64,000 nucleotides of DNA from a virus. Taxonomy: Duplodnaviria > Caudoviricetes. How positions within the stretch are numbered: the stretch's first letter is position 1; every line of letters begins with the position of its first letter. The position numbers and the translations under genes are program-made. Below, in pieces: positions 1 through 8,307 of the stretch. The stretch is from the IMG/VR virus record IMGVR_UViG_3300029288_000082, positions 64,001-128,000 of that record. One strand, 5' to 3'. The notes under the pieces are model-generated. The model saw nothing but the letters and a program-made list of their open reading frames with translations. It did no database searches and was not told the origin of the DNA.

Positions 1-416
1 ACGGCGTAGTCGCTGCCGACCAGGGTACGCGCGTAGTCGGCCTGCGCGTGCACGGCGTGCTCCGCCGCGTCGAACAGCGCCGTCATGCCGCCGCACGACA
101 GGCAGCCGCGGTAGTCGTCGAGGTTGCAGTTGGCGAGCAGCTTGAAGCCGTGCACCTCCCGCATGTGGTCGTTGAAGGTGATCATCCGCAGCATCAGGTT
201 GTCGGCCCGGGGAGACAGCTTGCAGGCGTTGACCACCTCGCGGATGGCCTGCTCCATATCCGCAGCGTAGGGCCCCACGGACCCGCTCACGTCCACGGCC
301 AGCGTGACCAGGGTGTACTCGGCCGCCCCCAGGGCGTCCAGGCGCGTGGCGCTGTACCCGAACGCGGTGGTCGGGAGCGCGCGCTCCTCCATGGACAGGT
401 CGTTGATCTTCGGCAT
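1..416 (-). CDS. vWA domain protein (TerY-like), 3' end runs off the window
   Basis: Not in ORF track. Manual translation from ATG at 416 gives MPKINDLSMEERALPTTAFGYSATRLDALGAAEYTLVTLAVDVSGSV...GGMTALFDA, with the MIDAS DxSxS motif and a GGxT motif. Confidence 0.8.
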   Translation of the reverse strand, partial: MPKINDLSMEERALPTTAFGYSATRLDALGAAEYTLVTLAVDVSGSVGPYAADMEQAIREVVNACKLSPRADNLMLRMITFNDHMREVHGFKLLANCNLDDYRGCLSCGGMTALFDAAEHAVHAQADYARTLVGSDYA

Positions 417-448
417 CGGTTCCCTCGCCTTCCTGCTAGCGCACCGCG

Positions 449-1252
449 CTAGCGCAGCACGTCCACCGTGGTCGACGTCTGCATCCCCTTCGCCGTCATT
501 TCGGCGACGAAGTCCTCTTGGAGCTTCTCGAACCCGGGCACCGGGCTGAGAGCGTCGGTGAGCAGCACGAACTTCTGGACGTAGTCCGCGCTGCTGAACC
601 CGGCCGCCACGTCCCGGATCGTGTTGGCGACGCAGTGGCTGCCCGCCTCGCCCGCGATCAGGATCAGGTCCGCCTCCTCCAGCGCCTGGATGAGGCGCAG
701 GTTGATCTGGGTCGACGGATCTGCCGGGTCCGGCACCTCGGCCTTCACCCCGGAGTAGTGCTCCGTGAACAGGTTGCTGCCCTTGCTCACGAAGTCGATC
801 ACGCCCGGGCCCGCGGCCGCCCAAGCGTTGAGCGCCTCCAGCACGGCCGGCACCAGGGTGGCGCCCGGGCTACCGATCAGGCAGTGCGGGGGCCAGATGC
901 ACAGCGGGTACCGGTGTCCGGCCTCCAGCGCGCGCACGTAGTCGAGCATGCGGCGCGTGAGGCTGGGGATGCACGGCGTCCAGGCGCCGCTCTCCACGTC
1001 CTGTGGCGTGATGATCGTGAACGGCGTCGGCGGCTGGCCGTCGGGCCCGCGCCACATGGCCGGGTGCGCCACGTCCAGCAGGTGATGCTGGTCGAGCGTC
1101 GCGTGGATGTCGTGCAGCCGCGCCCCCAACCGCTGGACCATGGCGGCCACGCGCTGCATGTCCTCCGCGGCGCCAGGCACGAACAGCGCCCCAGTAGGGT
1201 CGCAGAAGTCGTGCTGCGCGTCGATCAGGAACAGGTCCACCTTCTTCGTCAT
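449..1252 (-). CDS. pncA: Nicotinamidase (cysteine hydrolase/isochorismatase family)
   Basis: IDAQHDF, DQHH, WPPHCLIG, KG and GEAGSHCV catalytic/metal motifs; adjacent to nadE and pncB. Confidence 0.88.
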   Translation of the reverse strand: MTKKVDLFLIDAQHDFCDPTGALFVPGAAEDMQRVAAMVQRLGARLHDIHATLDQHHLLDVAHPAMWRGPDGQPPTPFTIITPQDVESGAWTPCIPSLTRRMLDYVRALEAGHRYPLCIWPPHCLIGSPGATLVPAVLEALNAWAAAGPGVIDFVSKGSNLFTEHYSGVKAEVPDPADPSTQINLRLIQALEEADLILIAGEAGSHCVANTIRDVAAGFSSADYVQKFVLLTDALSPVPGFEKLQEDFVAEMTAKGMQTSTTVDVLR

Positions 1253-1264
1253 CGGATCCTCCTC

Positions 1265-2020
1265 TCAGGCCGGCTCCCGCCGGAAATGCGGCGGCACGCA
1301 ACGCTTGTGCGCGCTCACCGTGTGCAACTCGTCGATCTTCCGCGCCACCTCCACCTCGATGGCCTCCCCGCGCAGGTAGGCGTCGATGGCGCCGTACACG
1401 TTGGACGTTCCCAGGATGCCCCCCAACTCTTCTTGGTCGGTCTGGCCGATCCAGAGGCCAGCCGTCGGGGGACGATCTACCAGCGCCTCCGGCAGCCCAA
1501 GCAGCCGCCCCAGCTGGCGCACCTCGCCCTTGTCGAACGCGAGGAGCGGCTCCAGGTCCACCCCGTGATCGCCGTACTTCGTGGCGTACCCAATGTACGC
1601 CTCGGCCGCGTTGGTCGTGCCCACCACGAGGCCACCACGGTGGTTCGCCACCGCGTAGAGGGCCACCATGCGCAGGCGCGCCTGCATGTTGCCGCAGGTC
1701 AACGCGTTCAGCAGGGGATCACCTGTTGCGAAGCGCAGCTCCTTCTCCATCGCCTCGTATGCGCTGCGGATGTTCACCGGGAGCGCGTCCGCGGTGCACC
1801 CCAGGTGCTTCACCAGCGTGTTCGTCCACCGCACATCCGGGTCGGCCCCACACGGCATCCGGACCAGGACCGTGTGATCGCGGCCTACCGCGCGCACACA
1901 CAACGCAGCCACCACGGAGGAGTCCACCCCCCCGCTGATGCCCACCACGGCGCGGTGTAGGCCGCTTAGCAGATGCTCCCGCAGCCAGCCGCACAGGGCA
2001 TCCACGTCGCCCATCGTCAC
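1265..2020 (-). CDS. nadE: NH3-dependent NAD+ synthetase (single domain)
   Basis: GISGGVDS PP-loop, NMQARLRM, GYATKYGD, PPTAGLW..QTDQEELG, HKR. Start is GTG 2020 (overlaps pncB stop) or ATG 2014, not 2953. Confidence 0.93.
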   Translation of the reverse strand: MTMGDVDALCGWLREHLLSGLHRAVVGISGGVDSSVVAALCVRAVGRDHTVLVRMPCGADPDVRWTNTLVKHLGCTADALPVNIRSAYEAMEKELRFATGDPLLNALTCGNMQARLRMVALYAVANHRGGLVVGTTNAAEAYIGYATKYGDHGVDLEPLLAFDKGEVRQLGRLLGLPEALVDRPPTAGLWIGQTDQEELGGILGTSNVYGAIDAYLRGEAIEVEVARKIDELHTVSAHKRCVPPHFRREPA

Positions 2021-3189
2021 GCACCCACGAGTCCCAGCGCCTGCTTGCATCGCTCCACCTCCTCTGGATCTCCCGAGTGCTTCGTGGGCACATCGGACAG
2101 CTTGACCGCGGGGCGCCACGGATTGGTCGGCCACGCCCGCGCCCGCGTCATCTTGATAACCATGTTGAGGGGCCGCACCCCCGGGACGTCGCAGGTCAGC
2201 GACGTGCCAAGGAGGAACCGCGCCCCGATGCGTCCCTCCATCGCTGACCGAATCGCCTGGACGTCGTCCAGGCCCAGGCCGTCGGAGAAGACCATGACCT
2301 TCGACCGTGGGTCGATGCCGAGCCGCTCGTAGTGGGCGATCACCTGCTGCGCGCACAGGAGCGGATCCCCAGAGTCCTGCCGCACGCCGTCGTAGATCCG
2401 CGCCCGGAGCCCGTTGAAGGCCCGCAAGAACACCGGCGTCGTGTAGGTGTCCAGGAGCCCGATCCCGAGCGCTCCCCGGTAGGTCTCCACCCAGCGGTCG
2501 AGCGCGATCGCCGTCGCCTCCTCGTAGCCGAGGATTGCGCCATGGTACATGGTCCACTCGTGCGCCACGGTGCCCACGCAGGGGAGCCCCATCTCCAGTG
2601 CCATGCCCACGTTGCTGGTGGGGATGTTCAGGGCCGCGAGGACCCGCTGGTGTATCTCCCGCGAGAAGCGGCGCCGCGTGCCGCCCTCGACCACCGGCAG
2701 TTGATCCCGGCGGATGAGCAAGCCCTTGGCCGCCGCCCGGTTCACTACGTCCGCGTCGCGGGCGGGCAGGCTGCCCCCGTGCGACAGCAGGTGGTAGCGC
2801 TCGGAGATCAGCGCCATCAGCGGAACCTCCCAGAGCACGGTGCGCAGCCATGGACCGCGCACGATCAGACGCAGACGGCGCTCCTCGTCCAAGCTGCACT
2901 CCACGATCTCGGACGGGTCGAAGCGGTAGCGCGCCAAGAAGGAGCGGTACCACGGCTGCACCGGCAGGACGCGCCCCAGGCCGTCAACCTCGGACTCGGT
3001 GAGCGCTGGAGCCGCGACCAGCTCCTCATCGATCCAGCTGCGCAGCTGGGCAAAGGCGGCAGGCCACGCCACAGGCGTCCGCACGATCAGCTCGTACTCC
3101 GCCTCCGCCTGGGGGTAGTGCTGCCCGATGGCTTGCTGCATCGAAAACTTGTAGAGGTCGGTATCGAGCAAGTGCATCACACGCTCCAT
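2017..3189 (-). CDS. pncB: Nicotinate phosphoribosyltransferase
   Basis: LLDTDLYKFSM, GTRRRFS, TSNV, GTVAHEW (phospho-His), DTYTT, RQDSGDP, FSDGL, KLSD motifs. Confidence 0.93.
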   Translation of the reverse strand: MERVMHLLDTDLYKFSMQQAIGQHYPQAEAEYELIVRTPVAWPAAFAQLRSWIDEELVAAPALTESEVDGLGRVLPVQPWYRSFLARYRFDPSEIVECSLDEERRLRLIVRGPWLRTVLWEVPLMALISERYHLLSHGGSLPARDADVVNRAAAKGLLIRRDQLPVVEGGTRRRFSREIHQRVLAALNIPTSNVGMALEMGLPCVGTVAHEWTMYHGAILGYEEATAIALDRWVETYRGALGIGLLDTYTTPVFLRAFNGLRARIYDGVRQDSGDPLLCAQQVIAHYERLGIDPRSKVMVFSDGLGLDDVQAIRSAMEGRIGARFLLGTSLTCDVPGVRPLNMVIKMTRARAWPTNPWRPAVKLSDVPTKHSGDPEEVERCKQALGLVGA

Positions 3190-3218
3190 TCCCGTTCGTT
3201 CATGCCTCTACGCCTGAT

Positions 3219-3764
3219 TCACCTGATGGACGCCGTGGCCCCGGCCTCGGCCAGGAGCCTCACCGCCCGATCCGCCTCCTCCTTCGACACGCCCATCATC
3301 ACCGTCGAAGGGGCGCAGTCGGTGAGGTCTTTGGAGTCCTTCAGCCCCAGGCCGGTCAACTCCCGGATCTCCTTGATGACGTTGATCTTCCTTTCGCCCA
3401 CCATCTGCAAGATCACGTCGTACTTCTGCTCGGCAGATCCCGGGTGCAACCCCGCGTCCACCTCTTTCAGGAACGCAGGCACATCGACAACGCTGCCACG
3501 CAGGTCGGCGATGGCCGCGAGGAGGCGCAGGTGATCGATCGGATCCGGCATTCGCAACCTGTCGAGGATGTCGGCGACACGCTCCCTCTGCTCGTCATCC
3601 TCCATCGCCTCCTTGGCGAGGATGCTTCTCTGTTCCTCCAAATCGTAGATTTTCTCGCGGAACGCATCGTTCTCCGCCCGGAGTTGCGGGAGATGCTCCC
3701 GGAGGGTCGCGATCTCCGCTTCCATCTCGTCCGCCGTCTGCTGCTTCTTCTTCTTCTCGGCCAT
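3219..3764 (-). CDS. Coiled-coil protein with C-terminal ribosomal protein bL12 (L7/L12) CTD
   Basis: C-terminus KYDVIL...KINVIKEIRELTGLGLKDSKDL...GVSKEEA...LAEAGA matches the bL12 CTD; AGGAGG RBS before ATG 3764. Confidence 0.85.
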   Translation of the reverse strand: MAEKKKKQQTADEMEAEIATLREHLPQLRAENDAFREKIYDLEEQRSILAKEAMEDDEQRERVADILDRLRMPDPIDHLRLLAAIADLRGSVVDVPAFLKEVDAGLHPGSAEQKYDVILQMVGERKINVIKEIRELTGLGLKDSKDLTDCAPSTVMMGVSKEEADRAVRLLAEAGATASIR

Positions 3765-3789
3765 GGCATCCTCCTGTTTCGTTGTTTTG

Positions 3790-4260
3790 CTACCCACGCG
3801 CCCCGTCGTCCGCCAGCTCCCCGTCGCGGTCCTCGGACGCGCGCAGGCAGTCCTCGCAGATATCGCCTACTGCGCCGAACGGGATCGGCTCCCCGCAGTC
3901 GTAGCACTCCCGGTCGAGCTGCCCGGCCTCCCGCGCCGCATCGAAGGCGCCCTCGGTGGGCGGGAAGACCAGGTCCGGGTCGTCGATCCGCATCATCATC
4001 ACCTTCACCGGCACGTAGCGCTGGAGCGCGCGCCAGACCGCGCGCTGCAGGTCCGTCGCTCGCGTCTCCGGCGCGCACCCCCCGGTGAGGTAGCCGTCCC
4101 CGTGGCCGTGGACGCTGAAGCGGACCGGCTGGCCCGGTGGCGCCCACATGTCGCACTCCAGGGACAGGTTCCACTCCTCCTCCAGCGCCTCCTGCGCCAT
4201 CCGCTGCTCCCGCTGGGATGCCACCTCCACGTCCACCCACACACGGTATTCTCGGCTCAT
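3790..4260 (-). CDS. Hypothetical protein with C-terminal CxxC...CxxC zinc finger
   Basis: CYDC...CEDC; start overlaps upstream stop (ATGA). Confidence 0.65.
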   Translation of the reverse strand: MSREYRVWVDVEVASQREQRMAQEALEEEWNLSLECDMWAPPGQPVRFSVHGHGDGYLTGGCAPETRATDLQRAVWRALQRYVPVKVMMMRIDDPDLVFPPTEGAFDAAREAGQLDRECYDCGEPIPFGAVGDICEDCLRASEDRDGELADDGARG

Positions 4261-4532
4261 GCGTCCTCCTTGCCGAACAACTTGGCGAGCAGCATGGACG
4301 CCGCCGCGTGCCAGCCCGCACGCTCCAGCGCGGCGCACACCTCGCCCTGCACGGCCGTCACGCCGCTGTCCCAGCCGCTCTCCCAGGCCGCCCGAACCAG
4401 CGCCCCCCGGGCATCCTCCGGCCAGCGCCCGCGAGTCTCTGGCACCAGGCGCGCCAGGCAGAGATCCCGCTCGGATCCGTGCTGCCGCTCAGCGATCTCG
4501 CTATCCTCGGTCCACCTGACGGTCTTGCTCAT
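4257..4532 (-). CDS. Hypothetical protein
   Basis: 91-aa ORF tightly packed in the operon, RBS-like AGGAG upstream. Confidence 0.6.
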   Translation of the reverse strand: MSKTVRWTEDSEIAERQHGSERDLCLARLVPETRGRWPEDARGALVRAAWESGWDSGVTAVQGEVCAALERAGWHAAASMLLAKLFGKEDA

Positions 4533-4541
4533 GGTCGACTC

Positions 4542-4805
4542 CTAGAACGCCACGCACGCGCCCTGGTCGCATGGAGACCTGGGCAGCGACACCGCGCGCG
4601 CCAGATCCGCCACCGCGATCTCCAGGGCGTGGCGCACGTCCGCGTAGCACGCCTGCATCTCCACAGCCAGCTTGTCCCACGCCCACAGGCGCGCGTACAC
4701 TGCATCGACGTGCTCCTCCGCCACCGCGAAGGCGTTCTCCAGTCCGCGCTCCTCCGCCACGGCCCGGGCCGTGGCCACCACCCGCTCCCTCACCTGCCGG
4801 TTCAC
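4542..4805 (-). CDS. Hypothetical protein
   Basis: GTG start overlapping upstream TGA (VNRQVRERVVATARAV...). Confidence 0.55.
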   Translation of the reverse strand: MNRQVRERVVATARAVAEERGLENAFAVAEEHVDAVYARLWAWDKLAVEMQACYADVRHALEIAVADLARAVSLPRSPCDQGACVAF

Positions 4806-5026
4806 CGGACCACCGCCCGCAGGAGGTACTGGGCGGCCGCGATCACCGCGATCATTCTCTCCCGCACCTCCGGGGGCGCCCCCAGTACCTCCTCGGCCGT
4901 CACGTGGGCCGCGTACTCCTCCATGTCGGAAGACACGCGGCGGAGGCGCACACGCAGATCCTGCGCGCGCTCCAGAGCTGCCGCCTGCGAATGCTGCTGC
5001 ACATTGGCGCCATCGGTGTTCTTCAT
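4802..5026 (-). CDS. Hypothetical protein, first gene after promoter P1
   Basis: GGAGG RBS, 74 aa. Confidence 0.6.
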   Translation of the reverse strand: MKNTDGANVQQHSQAAALERAQDLRVRLRRVSSDMEEYAAHVTAEEVLGAPPEVRERMIAVIAAAQYLLRAVVR

Positions 5027-5072
5027 CGCTTCCTCCCGGGCAGGGCATCTTCGACCCTGCCACCGTGAGGAT

Positions 5073-5102
5073 AGCTTAACCCGTTGTTATGCGTTTGTCA
5101 AC
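5073..5102 (-). promoter_or_regulatory. Sigma70-type promoter P1 (GTTGACAAACGC family)
   Basis: TTGACA-17 nt-TAAGCT in an AT-rich intergenic gap. Confidence 0.75.
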
Positions 5103-5119
5103 AGAGAAAAAAGAAAAAA

Positions 5120-5135
5120 GCGCACACGTGTTCGC
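5120..5135. repeat. 16-bp palindromic site, copy 1
   Basis: GCGCACACGTGTTCGC. Confidence 0.9.
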
Positions 5136-5142
5136 GCGCGGA

Positions 5143-5451
5143 TCAGGCGAACTTCTTGGCCACGGCCTCGGCCATGCGGTTGACCTCGTCGGCGTACTTG
5201 CGGAGGGCGGGCACGAGGATGCTGTTGAACAGGTCCGGGGCCGCGCGGGTGGGCAAGCCAATGCGCGAGTAGCCGTCCAGCTTCCGCTTTGCATTCGCGA
5301 ACGCCGGCTGCAGGATCCGCTCCGCCTTGCTCTCCAGGGTATCGTACAGCTGCTTCGGATGCTCGATCATGCGACGCGCCTCGTCCTGCGGGTCCGGCGC
5401 ATCCGGATCGACGGACGTCGCTTCCATCAACTGCTCGATCAGATGTCGCAT
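5143..5451 (-). CDS. Putative internal head protein (leader family)
   Basis: N-terminus MRHLIEQLME-A. Confidence 0.6.
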   Translation of the reverse strand: MRHLIEQLMEATSVDPDAPDPQDEARRMIEHPKQLYDTLESKAERILQPAFANAKRKLDGYSRIGLPTRAAPDLFNSILVPALRKYADEVNRMAEAVAKKFA

Positions 5452-5460
5452 GTGGTCCTC

Positions 5461-5793
5461 CTACGAGCGTCCAAGCGCCATCTTCGCTGCGTCGGTCCCG
5501 GGGGCGCGCAGCCTCTTCCCCACCTGTCTCCAGAGCACCTTCCAGGCCAGGTCCAGGACGGCGTCGGACCGCGGGCTGTCTATGCCTCCAGGAACAAGAG
5601 AAAAGATCTCTCCCTCCATGTCGCCCTCGAACTCCTCCATCGCGTTCTCGATGGCCGCCACCAGCTTGTCCGCGAAGGGGCCCACCAGCCCCACCAGGTC
5701 CTTGGCCAACACGGTGCTGCTCGCCATCCCCTCGACCACGGAGGCGCTACCGTCGCGCATCACGAAGTCGATCTGCTCGATCAGCCGTCTCAC
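5461..5793 (-). CDS. Putative internal head protein (leader family)
   Basis: GTG start overlapping upstream stop; N-terminus MRRLIEQID. Confidence 0.55.
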   Translation of the reverse strand: MRRLIEQIDFVMRDGSASVVEGMASSTVLAKDLVGLVGPFADKLVAAIENAMEEFEGDMEGEIFSLVPGGIDSPRSDAVLDLAWKVLWRQVGKRLRAPGTDAAKMALGRS

Positions 5794-6155
5794 GACGCCA
5801 CCATGCGCACGATCACGGGGTTGGCCGGGGCCACGACGCCCGCGGTGCCCGGGCTGGTCACGCAGGCGAACGACAGGTGCGCGAAGCCCCACCCCTCGGG
5901 GACCACCACGCTGCGGCGCTGGTTGGCCGGCACGCGCACGACCAGCTCGGGCGCCGTCGTGCCCACGGTGGGCGCCGCGCTGTCGTACACCTTCAGGCAC
6001 GCCTGATCAGCCGGGTTGCCCGTGTTGTCCACGTCGATCATGTAGAGGGTGCCCGCGCCGCCGGTCACGTCCGTGTCCGGCGTGACGCCCGCGCCCGTCT
6101 CCACGATCAGCTTGCTCCCCACCGGGGAGACCTGAGTCGAAACCGAAAGTGCCAT
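5790..6155 (-). CDS. Small beta-rich putative virion protein
   Basis: 121 aa, T/V/G/A-rich; directly downstream of promoter P2. Confidence 0.55.
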   Translation of the reverse strand: MALSVSTQVSPVGSKLIVETGAGVTPDTDVTGGAGTLYMIDVDNTGNPADQACLKVYDSAAPTVGTTAPELVVRVPANQRRSVVVPEGWGFAHLSFACVTSPGTAGVVAPANPVIVRMVAS

Positions 6156-6176
6156 TTTTCAATCCTTCTCGCACCC

Positions 6177-6206
6177 ACATTATCATATGGGTTTGCGTTT
6201 GTCAAC
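6177..6206 (-). promoter_or_regulatory. Sigma70-type promoter P2
   Basis: GTTGACAAACGC; TTGACA-17 nt-TAATGT. Confidence 0.7.
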
Positions 6207-6837
6207 CATCCTGGCGCCACATGACGGCCTCGACGTCCAGGGTGGCGGGGACCCAGACCTCCCAGCGGGCGCTCGCCCAGGTGGTGCCGCGGGCCTCCTC
6301 GACCCAGGGCGCCCCCAGGGCCATCCGCGCCACCTCCGCGCCCCCCAGCCGCCACGCGCCGCGGTGGCCCCAGCCCACCAGCCGCCACAGGAAGTCCTCG
6401 GGGGTCAGCAGCCGCGTGAACGCGCTCCGCACCCGCTCCGCCCGCTCCTCGCCAACGGCCCGCAGCGCGGCCCCCAGGGCGAACCGCGCGCCGTCGTCGC
6501 AGGGGCTCGGGGCCGCCTGCGCCATGAACATCTCCGTCACCGCGCCGTCCACGCTCACGCCCGCGCCCCCGGCCCGGCTGGGGTGCACGTCGAACCGCGC
6601 CTCGCAGCGCACGCTGCCGTCCGCCTGGGGCGCCTGGCTGATGCGCTGGAGCACGCACGCCTCGGCGTCCCCCAGGGTCACCCGCAGCGGCGGCGGCCCG
6701 TCCGCCCAGCGCTCCCCATTGGGCAGCACGCCCTCGCGCAGCAGCCGGAGCGCCGCGCGGTAGGCCGGCGTCTCCACGAGGTCGGGCGTGCCGACCACCC
6801 GGAGCGCTGCCTCGCCCAACCGCCGAAGTCGTCCCAC
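6202..6837 (-). CDS. Hypothetical protein
   Basis: 211-aa ORF filling the gap between neighbours. Confidence 0.55.
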   Translation of the reverse strand: MGRLRRLGEAALRVVGTPDLVETPAYRAALRLLREGVLPNGERWADGPPPLRVTLGDAEACVLQRISQAPQADGSVRCEARFDVHPSRAGGAGVSVDGAVTEMFMAQAAPSPCDDGARFALGAALRAVGEERAERVRSAFTRLLTPEDFLWRLVGWGHRGAWRLGGAEVARMALGAPWVEEARGTTWASARWEVWVPATLDVEAVMWRQDG

Positions 6838-6839
6838 GG

Positions 6840-7481
6840 CTACGCCTCCCCTTCCAGCATGGCCAGCAGGCGTCCCATAGATCCCGCGTTGCTCTCCGCC
6901 ACGTTCTTGCCCGCCGTGCTGATGCTCAGCGCGCCGCTCTTGGATCGCTTCAGCAACCCACGCCGCACCAGCGCGTCCACCTCCGCAGGCTGCACGCGCT
7001 CGTGATCGAACACCTCCTTGCGCGCCGACGAGATGAGGCTCCGGATCGTGCGCAGGATCATCTGCTCCCGGGGCGTCACCTCAGCGCCGGCCGGCAGCAG
7101 CGGCGCCAGGGCGTCCGGGTGCACGTAGACCGTGGCCATGGTCCGCGGGTGGCCCTGCGTGCCGACGACGATGGCGCCCCCAGGCGGGATGCGCACCGGC
7201 TTGTTGGCGAAGTCGATCTCCTGCGGGTCGTCCGGCCGCGCGCCCCCCCATCCGCCCCCGAGGTCGCGCGCGCGCCCGCTGGCGAGGTCCACCACCAGCA
7301 CGAACCCCTTCTGGCCCTCCCCCGCGTAGGGGTTGGGCACCACGCTCTCCTGCGGCACCACCGCGATGTCCGCCGCGCGGTACTCCACGCGCTTCAGCGC
7401 CGCCCGCAGGCTCGCTGGCAGATCACGCAGGGGCAGGTGTACCTGCCGCGCTTCCGTCATCCGCTGTAGCAAGTCCCGCAT
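6840..7481 (-). CDS. Putative internal head protein (leader family), possible C-terminal winged helix
   Basis: N-terminus MRDLLQRMTE-A; C-terminus LVRRGLLKRSKSGALSISTAG. Confidence 0.6.
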   Translation of the reverse strand: MRDLLQRMTEARQVHLPLRDLPASLRAALKRVEYRAADIAVVPQESVVPNPYAGEGQKGFVLVVDLASGRARDLGGGWGGARPDDPQEIDFANKPVRIPPGGAIVVGTQGHPRTMATVYVHPDALAPLLPAGAEVTPREQMILRTIRSLISSARKEVFDHERVQPAEVDALVRRGLLKRSKSGALSISTAGKNVAESNAGSMGRLLAMLEGEA

Positions 7482-7503
7482 GTCCGATCTCGCCTCCGTG
7501 CTG

Positions 7504-7519
7504 GCGAACACGTGTTCGC
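7504..7519. repeat. 16-bp palindromic site, copy 2
   Basis: GCGAACACGTGTTCGC, perfect, abutting a stop codon. Confidence 0.9.
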
Positions 7520-8007
7520 TACGCCCTCACCTCGCCCGCGATATCCTTCAGCTCGCCCGCCGCCTGCTCCAGGTCCCGCGCGAACGACGCTGCCATGTCC
7601 CGCGTGAACCGCGATCTGCCCACGTTGTCGGCGTAGGCCCGCGCCTTCTCGATGGCCCGCTCCAGCGTGGCCCGGATGCCCGCCGCCGTGATCGCCTCGT
7701 CCAGTCCCTCGGCCGCCAGCCGCCCCCGCACCGGGGGCGTGATGTCCACCACGGCCAGCTCGGTGTCGAAGATGGCCTTGGCCAGCCGGTCCAGGGCGTC
7801 CAGGGCGACCCGGAGCGCCCGCTTCACCTGCGGGCTGGCGGAGGCCACCTCCTCCTCCGGCTCCCCCTTGGCGATGGCCCGCATGGCCAGATCCCCCGCG
7901 AAGTTGCGCACCCGGCTCCCGAAGTCGTACACCTGCGCCTTGCGCACGTCGCGCGGGCCCAGCCGCTTGAATGCCGCCTCTTCCAACTGGCGTAGCAGTG
8001 ATCGCAT
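7519..8007 (-). CDS. Putative internal head protein (leader family)
   Basis: N-terminus MRSLLRQLEE-A. Confidence 0.6.
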   Translation of the reverse strand: MRSLLRQLEEAAFKRLGPRDVRKAQVYDFGSRVRNFAGDLAMRAIAKGEPEEEVASASPQVKRALRVALDALDRLAKAIFDTELAVVDITPPVRGRLAAEGLDEAITAAGIRATLERAIEKARAYADNVGRSRFTRDMAASFARDLEQAAGELKDIAGEVRA

Positions 8008-8020
8008 GGTACAACCTACC

Positions 8021-8305
8021 TCATTCGAAGGGCGCCCCATGGTCGAATTCCTTGGACCACACCTTCTCCGCGAAGACTGGGAGCGCCTTGCAGGCAAACA
8101 TCAGGTGCTCCTGGAGCGCGTCCAGCTCCTTCTCCGGCAGATCGGCCTCCACGATCCGGTCGATCAGGTCCCGCACCTGCCCCTCGATCTCGGCCCGCAG
8201 GTCGCGGACCGCCTTGGCCAGCGTGCGGAAGTTGTCGCGCCCCTCCGCCAGCGCCCCGGGGCGCCCGGTCACGGCCTCGTTGAGTTGATCGACCAGGTGT
8301 CGCAT
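8021..8305 (-). CDS. Putative internal head protein (leader family)
   Basis: N-terminus MRHLVDQLNE-A, GGAGGAG RBS. Confidence 0.6.
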   Translation of the reverse strand: MRHLVDQLNEAVTGRPGALAEGRDNFRTLAKAVRDLRAEIEGQVRDLIDRIVEADLPEKELDALQEHLMFACKALPVFAEKVWSKEFDHGAPFE

Positions 8306-8307
8306 CG

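Noticed and set aside
1265-2953. 562-aa ORF suggesting an N-terminally extended NadE
   Set aside because: The first ~310 codons are an alternate frame of pncB; NadE similarity begins at 2020/2014.
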